The position numbers and the translations under genes are program-made. From assembly GCA_009103225.1 (NCBI GenBank), contig RHPI01003169.1:62001-126000 (forward strand): a stretch of DNA of 64,000 nucleotides, written 5' to 3'. Below, piece after piece: positions 1-10,320 of the stretch; positions within the stretch are counted from its first letter, which is position 1, and each line of letters starts with the position of its first letter. The notes beneath the pieces are model-generated. The model had not been told where the DNA came from. It saw only the letters and a program-made list of their open reading frames with translations, and searched no databases. The DNA comes from Chlorokybus atmophyticus. Lineage: Eukaryota > Plantae > Mesostigma and Chlorokybus algae.

Positions 1-100
1 CCTTCACTTTTATCTTGTTGATACAAGTGGTATATATATATAAATACCGCGGTATATATATGTATATATAAAAATATATCTATATCTATATGTATGACCA

Positions 101-135
<35 letters not shown>

Positions 136-686
136 ATTTGTATATATACATATACCGATAGTGCCGTTGTATGCAGCTGTTGGTGCATGCGTGATGCATG
201 CATTGCGGCACGTGAGACAATATAAGGTAGGCGTGTTAGGTTATATGCTTTACAAACGCGTTGCAGGGTGTATCGTGTCGTCGTAGTCTAGCTGGTCCAT
301 TGTTAGGTCATATAATGTTGCTTGCTAACCCAACAGGTCCTGCCGCGCAGATTCGAAACTCGGCAATGGAGAGACGAAAACCCGTGTGCACCTGTGGCTA
401 TTTTGGTTTGATCATGCATTAAGTTTAATCCCCTTAATACATGATCCAACCCAATAATAGTACATGTGGATATTATTAAGTTCAAGAAAAGACGGATACC
501 GAACTTAATGCACACCAGCTAATTGACCTTAATGACAGCTCGATATCAAACAAAGTTGTGGCTGCAGCCGCAAAGAGTGCAAAAATGGATATGTTGCTTG
601 CATATGAATCCCTAATTAAGTTATAGCTGGATTTCCAATTCATTTATGGGCAAGGCCGAACTGTTGGGGGGCCATTTCTATCGGTG
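1..686. mobile_element. Partial non-autonomous CACTA/CMC-like DNA element; one end at 686, other end not seen
   Basis: Ends in ccatttctatcggtg (672-686), the same terminus as 13644-13658. About 190-686 is an imperfect reverse complement of 866-1400. Confidence 0.6.
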
Positions 687-835
687 GCGCTTCCTCTGTT
701 AAGGGGTCTGTGACGGTGACGGTAGGCCTGAGAAGGCATGTCCTCGTCTGCTGCTGCCTCAATGGCCTGGGTCTTGCGTCTTTAATGTAATGCAGCGACA
801 GCGAACATGGCCGCTACACATGGAAGTGCGGCTGC
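687..835 (-). mobile_element. Fragment of the RNase H-integrase linker of the DNMT-Ty3 family; continuation of the older copy at 13659-23142
   Basis: Collinear with ~4470-4618 (ggcatgtcc.cgtctg.tgctgcc...gcagcgacagcgaacatgg). It stops where the sequence starting at 13659 (caggacccaact) picks up. Confidence 0.75.
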
Positions 836-856
836 GCAGCCGCACTTCCATGTGTA
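815..856. repeat. Perfect 42-bp palindrome
   Basis: tacacatggaagtgcggctgc|gcagccgcacttccatgtgta. Confidence 0.95.
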
Positions 857-1774
857 TGCATGCAGCACCGGAAGAAATGGCCCCCCCAACAGTTCGGCCT
901 TGCCCTCAATTTAAATGGAGATTTAGCTATAAAATCTATTAGAGAACCGCATGTAAGCAACGTATCGGATTTTGCATTTCACCTGCTGCAGCCACAACTT
1001 AGTTTGGTATCTGACTGCCATGAAGGTCAAGTAGTTCGTGTGCATTAAGTTCGATATGCGTCTTTTTTTGAACTTGGAAAAAGTCCACATCATGTACTAT
1101 TATTGGGTTGGATCATGTATTAAGGGGATTAAACTTAATGCGTGATCAAACCCCAAAATGTTAGGGCCACAGTTCGCGGCAAAAACCCAAACAGTCACAA
1201 CGCAACGGGATTTGCGCCTATGTTGCCGGGTTGCGAACCTGTGCGGATGTGCCTGCCGGGTTTGCAAGCAACGACCTATGACTTAAACCCTGACCGACAA
1301 GACTAACCACAAAATACATAGGATATCGAGCGTAACAGCTATTACTTTTTTAACTGCCTCAATTGTCTAACGTGCCGCAAGAATTGTTGCATGGATTGCA
1401 TGCATGGATATTGTAGTTAAACGTACATATGTATATGTACGTATAACTACTATACATATATATATGCACATATACTTATGCATATACACAATATATACAT
1501 ATATAAATATATATACATAAATACATACATATACATACATAAGCTGGTAGCCGTTTATGTATATACGGCTACCAGTACCTGTGTTTTTATTTCTGATACA
1601 TAATCGTGAAGGAAATTACGGAGATGTAGGTGACTTGGGGATGAAGAATGTATTAGACCTGCCGTCCCGTCAAATCGCTTTATAACTAACAGATGTCGGC
1701 ATTAAGTTTCCTACATCACCTGTTGGCCAGATTGTTTGCGTTGAGTTGGGGAAGTCTTTAACTCATGTGCTAGT

Positions 1775-2902
1775 TGTCGTGCCTGCCATGGTCGAGGGCA
1801 ACTTTGTCTCGGACAGGCTGCGGAGGAGTGCTAGTGCTGCACGCATGCTAGTGCCGTGCATTGCATTGGAGTCATATAAGCAAAAGACAACCCCCCAATC
1901 GTGGGCATAGGCTTGAAGATGAGCCTACGCGGTGTTGAGTGCAGTGGATGAGCCGATGCCGCTCGCCACCTTTGTGTACAGACTGTGTCGTAGTGCACAC
2001 AGTCAACAAGCCACTACGATAGGTAGTGCTGTGGACACAGTTCTTTGCATGAGTGGATAGAATGATACACTGTTAAGTGAGGTGAATGAGTGTGCAACAC
2101 GTGGACAACACCCTGACTATTGAAACAACACACCACCGTCAAGCTCACAGCAATAACAGGCACAGCGCACAAGAGCATGCACCGTGTCTCACGCAGTAAG
2201 GGAATTCTTGGCAACCGGGGCAGCGTGCTTCCAGTTCAAGTCGCTTCACAAGCTCTTTAGAAACAGAGTCTTTACTTCTTAGTACTCCTAGTACTCACAG
2301 TACTCACTTACAGTGTCACCAGCCAGTCTGGTGACGTGACTTCCTACTTATACATGTCAAATCATGACTGTGCAGTGCCACGCGGGCACTAGGCCAACGG
2401 TCACATCGAGGCCTCATGCTATTTCGGAAATCTCCTAAGACTCGATATAGCACATTTGTTATTAACAGACTTACAACTGATCAGCTACGCGCAGTCCCTA
2501 CAGACGGGTTTATAAAGTAGCCCTAGCTACATGCTACATGAGCGGTACAGTAGCTAGCAGTAGGCTGGGGCTCGCGCGGTCTTCATGCCGGTAGCCCGGG
2601 CGTGGGGCTGGGTGTAGGCATGCTCGAGAAGGACTGGCATGCGAGGGTAGATGGCATGACAGCTGTTGTGCCTGCCATGGTCGAGGGCAACCTTGTCTCG
2701 GACAGGCTGCGGAGGAGTGCTAGTGCTGCACGCATGCTAGTGCCGTGCATTGCATTGGAGTCATGTAAGCAAACGACACCCCCCCAATCGTGGGCATAGG
2801 CTTGAAGATGAGCCTACGCGGTGTTCAGTGCAGTGGACGAGCCGATGCCGCTCGCCACCTTGATGTACAGACTGTGTCGTAGTGCACACAGTCAACAAGC
2901 CA
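1775..2902 (-). repeat. 3' terminal repeat block: A (1775-2013), B (2001-2661), gc spacer, A' (2664-2902); polypurine tract at ~2903-2910
   Basis: 1775-2013 matches 2664-2902 with fewer than about 10 differences. 2001-2661 matches 12411-13073. The sense-strand agggggg directly precedes A'. Confidence 0.9.
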
Positions 2903-2948
2903 ACCCCCCTGAGATTCTGGGGTAGCCCTCTGCTCCAGAACTCAGTTC

Positions 2949-4523
2949 CTACCGACTGTGTGGGGGACCGTTGATGCGGCAGTCATTGCACCAGTACTCC
3001 CACAAGGGTACTGCGTCCAGTGGAGGGTCAAGGCAGTAGCAGTGCATGCCTTGATTACAGCCGTCGCATAACATCATCAATGGGTCGTCGTCGGCGCTGC
3101 CACACTTCTCGCATCGGGTGCTGCGCAGCGGACGCGGGTGCTGGATCTTGGTGAAGCCAGCAATGTAGGGGAGATGACAGGGCGCGCAGTTGACCATGTT
3201 ATCCTTAATGCGCTCGCCTCGTTGTCCCAACAGGTCCAGTACCCCTGTGGGGTGCACCTTCAATACCTTGTAGACAGCACGCCCGACGGAGGTATCGAGG
3301 GTGTCGCGTGTAGACGCCATACGGTAGACGAAGTCTCCTGACTCGAAGCGGCGCTCCCGCTCCTTGTAGAAACCACTGCGCACACGCTTGTAACGCAGCG
3401 TGTCGCGGTGCTGCGCGATGCGCAGGTTGTTGAAGGCCATGGGGACTGTGTGTTCGAACAGCGCACTGCGCACTGTCAGATCATACAACATCTCGTCGGG
3501 GTTGTCGAGATTGTCCACCACTTTGTCGACCTCCTGCTGTGCGCGGAAAGGGAGTAATGGCTGCCTTTCGAACAGTAGATAGTATGGGCTGTACTCTCGC
3601 AGGGCTGCCTGCTTGGACAGCCGGTAGCCCATTGCTACCCATGGGAGGTGATCATCCCAGGTATTCTTCTCGTAGGCAAGGACGTACTTGCGCAGTGCCT
3701 TCTTGATGGTCTGCACGGTACGCTCGGCGAGGCCGTCGGCCTGCGGGTGGTCGCGTGAGGTGCGACGGTGGTCGATGAAGCATCTGTCGATAAGCTTGTT
3801 GAAGGCTCCTCTGAACTTCGTACCCTGGTCGGTGATGACTTCAGCGCAGCTGCCGAAGCGTCCGCGTACATGGGAGAGGAAAGCCTGGGCTACTCCCTCG
3901 CTGCTCTTGTCGGGCAGGGGCACCAGCTCCACCCACTTGGAGAAGTGCTCGATCATGACGAGGATGTAGCGGTTGCCTCGCGCTGAGGGCGCTAGGTCTC
4001 CGAGGATGTCCAGTCCCCAGCGGTAGAACAACCCGGAAATGGGAAGGGGATGCAAGGTGGCATTGCGCGTGTTGAGGCTGGCGCGAACCATGTCACACTG
4101 CTGACAGTTGCTGACGAACTCCCGCACCTGTCTGTGCACCCCATACCACCAGTACTGGGTCCTGACCAGGCTGACCGTGCGCTTGACGCCGAAGTGCCCG
4201 AGCTTGGTGTGAAGGGAGGAGATGATGCCTTCACGTGCAGCTAGTGTGGGGACCTCCTGATCTGCATTTTGTATCCGTCGATACAGCCTGTCGTTGGCCC
4301 AGCGGTAACGCTGAGTGCGTTGCCGGACGCGGTCCTTCTCGCGTGCGCTCATGCCTGCTGGAAGTTGTCCAGTCTGAAGCAGTGCGAGGGATGGCTCGTC
4401 CAGCCAGATGTCTTGTCGCGTGTCGGTGGGTGCCAGCTCCTCATCATCCACCTCAGGGTCGGCAGCGACCGCTTCTTCTGATAAAGAAGCTGTGGTGATG
4501 ATGGCGGGCTCGAGAGCGGGCAT
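2949..4523 (-). CDS. Integrase (HHCC zinc finger, DDE core) with C-terminal PHD finger at 2979-3113
   Basis: H..LGH...CQQC; WGLDI, TDQG, AERTVQTIK; CEKC-x11-CDGC-x4-H-x2-C-x13-WC-x2-C. Confidence 0.92.
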   Translation of the reverse strand: MPALEPAIITTASLSEEAVAADPEVDDEELAPTDTRQDIWLDEPSLALLQTGQLPAGMSAREKDRVRQRTQRYRWANDRLYRRIQNADQEVPTLAAREGIISSLHTKLGHFGVKRTVSLVRTQYWWYGVHRQVREFVSNCQQCDMVRASLNTRNATLHPLPISGLFYRWGLDILGDLAPSARGNRYILVMIEHFSKWVELVPLPDKSSEGVAQAFLSHVRGRFGSCAEVITDQGTKFRGAFNKLIDRCFIDHRRTSRDHPQADGLAERTVQTIKKALRKYVLAYEKNTWDDHLPWVAMGYRLSKQAALREYSPYYLLFERQPLLPFRAQQEVDKVVDNLDNPDEMLYDLTVRSALFEHTVPMAFNNLRIAQHRDTLRYKRVRSGFYKERERRFESGDFVYRMASTRDTLDTSVGRAVYKVLKVHPTGVLDLLGQRGERIKDNMVNCAPCHLPYIAGFTKIQHPRPLRSTRCEKCGSADDDPLMMLCDGCNQGMHCYCLDPPLDAVPLWEYWCNDCRINGPPHSR

Positions 4524-4550
4524 GTCCCCGTCTGTTGCTGCCTTAGCAAT

Positions 4551-5753
4551 CTAAGTCCTGCGTCCTGAGCGTAGCGCAGCGACAGCGAACATGGTGGCCA
4601 CACCTGAAGGTGCAGCTGTAGGACCCAACTCATATCGGGCGCCTGTGGCGTTGTTGGTGCTGAGGTGGGGGTTACAGCTGAGGCCATCCGCATCCTGGTT
4701 GGCAAGGCCTGCGCGGTGTTCCACCTCGAAGTCGTACTCCTGGAGCAGCAGCGCCCATCGTGCTAACTTTCCTGTCAAGTGCTGGTTGTTCATTAGCCAC
4801 TTGAGGGGTTGATGGTCAGTGACCAGTTGGAACTGCCGTCCAAACAGGAAGGGTCGGAAGAAGAAGATGGCTGTTACGGCAGCAAGCGAGCTGGGCGTAA
4901 TACATAAGAACAGAAGTAGCCATAATTACAACCATGGTCTTTTATGGCTAAGATGGCCGGACCCTTGTCGTAACAATTGGTATCGGGGCTGACAACCTAA
5001 AGGTCGTGGGCTCGACTCCCAAGGGGGATAGAGCGGCGATTTTATGGTTGACAAAGATCCGGGGATGAACCCGCGGCCTTGGGCAAGCCGCAGGTAGGAA
5101 AGACCCGCGACCTTGAGCAAGTCGCGGTTAGGGGACGGCAAGAACGCGACGCGGCATGGCCGGTCGCTAGAACGTTCGCCAGCATGCGAGCGAGAATGTT
5201 TGCCAGCGTGCGAACAAGAACGAGATCGAGGATCTCGAGAACGACAATGCGGGCTGGGCAAGTCGCGTTGAGTCGCGCAAGAGGCGCCGGCCGAGAGAAG
5301 CATTGGTCGAGACAGCTCGGTCGCCCGCGGGGCGGAGGGCTGAGAATCCCTATAAGGATACGCACGAGGGCGTGCTAAGTTCAAATGGGGAGGTGTGTTA
5401 CGGCAGCAAGCGAGCTGGGCGTAATACATAAGAACAGAAATAGCCATAATTACAACCATGGTCTTTTATGGCTAAGATGGCCGGACCCTTGTCGTAACAA
5501 TGGCCCACACTGCGGCGAGACACTCCCCTTCGTAGCTGCTGTAGTTGGCCTCAGCACTGTTGTTGCTGCGGCTGGCGTACGACACTACGCGCTCCTTCTT
5601 GTTGTTGTCGTGCTGTACGAGCATGGCCCCCATGCCGAGCTTGCTCCAGTCTGTGTGCAGGATGAACGACCTGGTGTAGTCAGGGCGTTGCAGAATGGGA
5701 GCTGTGGTGAGGCGGAGCTTCAGCTCCTGAAAGGCCTCATGTTGTGCCTCCTT
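4551..5753 (-). pseudogene. RNase H domain; stop codon at 5751-5753 and interrupted by a TRIM
   Basis: FILHTDWSKLGMGA, YEGECLAAVWAI, then after the TRIM: TDHQPLKWL, KLARWALLLQEY, NQDADGLS. Confidence 0.85.
4872..5499 (+). mobile_element. TRIM (628 bp): LTRs 4872-4975 and 5396-5499, iMet-type PBS, PPT
   Basis: 104-bp tgttac..gtaaca repeats differing at 1 base. PBS tggtatcggggc at 4978. PPT aaatggggagg. TSD atggc at 4867-4871 and 5500-5504. Confidence 0.95.
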
Positions 5754-6840
5754 TCACAAGAACTCGGTGTCCTTTTTCAGTAGTTCGTTGAGAGGCCTTG
5801 CAATCTTGGCAAAGTCCTTGACAAACCGGCGGTAATAGTAGGCAAGGCCGAGGAAGGCCCGCAGCCGCGTGAGGTCTGTGGGGGCAGGGATAGCCACCAG
5901 TGCCTCCACTTTGGCCTGCTGTACGTACACACCATGGGGCACAATCATGTGTCCTAGGTAGGGTACCTTGTGGGTGAAGAAGGTGCACTTGTCAGGGTGC
6001 ACCGTCATCCCGACTTCCTTCAGCCTCTGTAGCACCTCTTCGATGTGCTGGAGATGCTCCTCATTGCTGTGACTGAAGATGAGGATGTCGTCGATGTAGC
6101 ATCGTGCGAAGTGCAACCCCTTGAGGGCTTTGTCCATGACGCGCTGGAACTTGGCCGGAACGTTCTTCAGTCTGAAGGGCATGACCTTCCACTGGTACAG
6201 CTGCCGGTTTCCCCAAAAGGAAGTCTTGTGCTTGTTCTCCTCCTTGATGGCGATCTGGTTGTACCCTTGGCGCATATCCAGGATACTAAAGACCGCGCAG
6301 TCTCCTACATCGTCAAAGATGCCTTCTGCGGTAGGCATTGGATACCTGTCCTGCTTGGTCTTGTTGTTAAGGGGGCGATAGTCGCCACACATGCGCCGGT
6401 CTGTCAAGTTGCCTGCTGAATCTTTCTTCAGGGGCATGACGGTCGCGGCCGCAAAGTCCGATGTGGACTTCTCGATCAGGCCTGCATCTAGCAGCGCCTT
6501 GCACCTCTGTTCCACCAAGTCTTCTTCTAGCTTGGAGAGGCGGTACTGTCTTCTGAACACCGGTTCGGTGTCCACTAGTTCAATGTCCATCTGGTATGCT
6601 GTGCAGATGCCTAGCTCCTTCACACTGAAGCTGAATTGGCTCCTCCACTTGTTGAGGAGAGCCTCGAGTTGCTCTCGAGTCTGGCCTATGGTCAGCGGTC
6701 CAATGGCGTGGGACCACGAGGTAGCGTTGGCGACCACTGGAATGTCTTCCACAGTGACTGCTGCCTGCTCCTCCATATGGGCGGTCTCGAGGGCGGTGTG
6801 TGCTGCTTTGGTCTCTGAAAAGCGAGCAATCCACCCCCCC
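5754..6840 (-). CDS. Ty3/gypsy reverse transcriptase domain
   Basis: RMCGDYRPLN, FSILDMRQGYNQI, VMPFRLKN.PAKFQR, CYIDDILI. Confidence 0.95.
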
Positions 6841-9800
6841 AGCCAAGTGTTCGAGCTCCTGAAAGGACACATGGCGGTCCTGGAGAGCAAAGCACATTTC
6901 CAAGTACCACACCATGCTGTTTTGATCCATGGCGCGCCCTAACAACTGACACTGCTGACTGGTTGTCAGCGTGGAGCCTGTGATGCTGCCTGAAAAGAAT
7001 CCCATAGCACGCTCGCGCTCACGGGCATTGGGTTCTTCCAGCTGTCCAGTGTTGGAGTCTAACATCATGCCGCCGCCTCCATTGCGGAACGCGTAGGAGC
7101 CTGGATAGGACACAAGTGTGGGTAGTGCGCGGCGCGGCTGACCAGGCTGATTGCACTGGTAGAAGTGGTGGTGGTCAAGGCGTGTAACCGGTTGCGCTGT
7201 GCGTCCAGGGTCCAGGATGTCATCGACGGCGAGATTTCGTGGCCGATTGCTGTATAGGTATTCTGCCAGAAACAGGTCCTCCACAATGGCCAGGTTGGTC
7301 CACTTGGCGCGGACGCGGTGTGCGCGAGATCCATGACGCGCGGCGTTGATTTTGAGAGGATGCCCCAGCAAGGAGCATACTTGTCGATAGGCCTTGGCGA
7401 CGTGATGCCGCTTGTCATCCTCGGAGTGCACATTCTCGATGATGTACCCCAAGGGCCTAGCGATCTGACTGGTCTGCAGGAGTTCGATGACTCTCATTAG
7501 CTCCCAGAACAGCTGTGAGCGAGGATCAGAGAGCTCATGGCCTCTGCCTGCCCTGGAGTGCCCTTGACACTCCCATCCTGCTATCAGCAGGTCAAGGTTG
7601 CCGACTGCCTGCAGGTGATCATTGGTAATCCAGCGGATGTCCTGCGGCAGAGCCTTCTGGCTCCCTTGCAGTGCCGACAGCGGTAGCTGCTGCGGGTAGC
7701 ACTGGTGCAGCTGTCGTAAATGATGGCTCAGAGCCTCCTGTGCATGAGGGTCAGGGTCACAGTAGAGGTACTTGGTGACTGTTGTTCCAGTGTTGAGGAC
7801 AGCCGCAAGCCCACTGCCTATGCCTCCAAACAGCTCTAGTACGGTGATGCCTTGTTGTCGGCGGAACATGTGGAACTCCACCACTCCTATAGCTATGTGG
7901 TACTGCTCCTGCACTGTAGCCTGGTCTTTGTAGACAGGGAAGTGTGCAGTGAGCTGAGGCCTGGTCAGTAGCATGTGTGCTGCTACTTGTGCGCTCCAAC
8001 GACACTCGGATGGCTCCTGAAAGGCCACTTCTTTGGTGACAGTCTCCTGAGACTCATCGTGCGGAGTAGGAGAGTCCTCTTCAGCGTTTAGGCTCAGGCT
8101 CGAGCTCGTTGCAGTTGTCCTCGGCTGCGTTCGGGCACGAGGCACACGTGAGCTTTTTGTAGGATTGTAGGTGGCTGCTGCGGCCGACCTTTGTTGCGAG
8201 CGGGCCTTGGCCACCAGTTTAAGAGGTAGGAATCCCTGCTCCTCTCCATCATCCTCATCCCAATGCGGTCGAAACCATGCCTGCTCAGTCCAACAGTCCA
8301 TCCCCATGCCGACAGGGAAGTTGCAGTCCTGTCCCAGCAGTAGGTCAAAGGACCCGGCATCGGTGACCACACACCTTTGTACAATCTCGGTGCTGTGGGA
8401 AGGGTTTAATCCGGTGAGGCGGATGCTCACAGCCTGCTTGGTAAGGCTGAGCACCTTGTCGCGGTTGCCGGTTGCGGTGTCCAGCTGGTAGGGACAGGGA
8501 AGCAGCTCAGCGCTGGTGATGCCGAGATCTCGTGCGAGGTAGCGCCCAATGATGACAGGCTGTGCTCCAGTGTCCAGCATCACGCGTTTAGGTGCCCGCC
8601 CATTGACGGTCACGTGCTTGCCTTGGTTGGCGATCATGGCTGCATTGGTGTTGTTGCGCAGCCTCTTGAAGCGACGGAACCTCTTGCGTGGAGAGACTGT
8701 TGCTTCACTATCATCTGCGGGGCCTGACCGTAGGGCAGCCAGGGCTCCTCTGCCTGATGGATCTTGTGGACCTCCTTGTCCTCGGCTTTGTCCAAACCGT
8801 CCTTGTCGCGGTTGCTGGTACACGCGTGGTGGCCTAGGCACTGGAGGTGCTGCTGCAACCTGTCCAAGTGGAGGTGCAGGAGGGTTGACCCTCTGTGCAG
8901 CTGTTGTCATGCCAGGAGGAGTGGCCAGTGGCTGTGGCGGGAACCCTGGAGGACCTGGTGTTTGCGGGACTGCCTCTCGTGCAGCCTGCTCCTCTGCATA
9001 GGTCCATCGCACAGCATGGGCTGCCTCTCTGACTAGTGTACCTTCCCATGTAGCCGTCGCATTGTTGTTCACGTCTATATAGCGATGGTTCTGAGGCATG
9101 GGCTGCAGGTACACTGTGCGTAGGAGCCGCGCTCTCATGTCGTGGGTGATGGTGGGCACCCTGAGGATCCCTGCCATGTAAGCATCCCATCTGCCGTTGA
9201 CCACTCCCACTTCCAGCACTGTTATTGCTCGTGTGCGTACAGTGAGCTGGGTCTCTGGCTGTTGGACATGCTGCTCGTAAGCAGTGGCGATGCGCCTGCG
9301 CTGACGTCCTGCCTCCACCCCTGGCAAACTCAGTATCGCCTCCAGAGCTCCCTCCAGAGTGTCAGTGGCGGCGGAAGCCACTTCATCATAGGCTTGCCGT
9401 ATGGAGCGAAGGAATGCGTCCACCCACGCTATTCTGGCGCCGAAAGCGAACAACGGGACTGCGGGATGGTTGGTAACCAGCCACGTCACTAACCGTGCGC
9501 GTGCCGCGTTGCCATTGTCTCGCATCCCAAGCATCTGCCGAAGTCCGATGCCTTCTTGCCGATGCAGCATGGTTGCTTGTCGCAACAGAGCAGTGCGTAG
9601 TTGTTGCTCTCCAACCAGTCCTGCTCCATCTCTTTGTGTACACCCTTGTGGTGTAAGGTAGCCCCTCCCTGGCTCCCTTTGGTCCTCAGGTAGATCCTCC
9701 ACCAGCGCAGGCAGCAACGGGGCGATCACCCCCCTGGTTTGTTGAGCCAACGCCCTCGCTTGGTCAGAGTTGGTCTCGACGAAGAGCGGAGTGGTGCTGG

Positions 9801-10320
9801 AGGATGGACCAGCAGTTGGTGACTGAGGTATTGGTGCACGTGTAGCTTCAAGAGCTTGTTCACGTGCAGCAATGGCGGCAGCTTGATCCTGTCGCCAATG
9901 ATATGCTTGTTCCAGTGCGTGGTAGCGCTGATGAAGACGAGCGGTTGTAGGAGGTCCGAGTGCTTCATCAGTGCCCAAAGGCAGGTCGGCTGCGTCGGCG
10001 ATGCGCTGCTGGACGGCGTCTCGGCGGTCCCGATACGTGTCCAACGGGCTGGGTTCAAAGGTGGTGGTTGGCATGCGTGCAGGCTGGCGCGGGGCGGTCT
10101 GCATGTTGTTGTGCAACGCCCAGAACAGCTGCAGAGCCAACTCCAACACTACAGGTGGGCTGTAGCTGATCAAAAACACCCTGTCACGCATCGGAGGTGC
10201 AGTGCCAGCAAGGATCTCATCTTCTAACTGGTGTTGAGTGAGTGCTGGAAGGGTGTGAACCTCTGGTAGCGGGAAGACGCGATCATCGCGGGCGACACGC
10301 GTGGTGCGCTCCCCCCCCCC
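6841..10320 (-). CDS. Polyprotein segment: ~550-aa unknown region + aspartic protease + DNMT
   Basis: Part of the 1297-aa ORF. Protease motif VMLDTGAQPVIIG at ~8550-8590. Confidence 0.85.
6925..7850 (-). CDS. C5 cytosine DNA methyltransferase domain inside the polyprotein ORF
   Basis: Motif I VLELFGGIGSG, IV IAGWECQGHS, VI IIENV, VIII HRVRAKW, IX/X RERAMGF..LLGRAM, all in canonical order and spacing. Confidence 0.88.
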
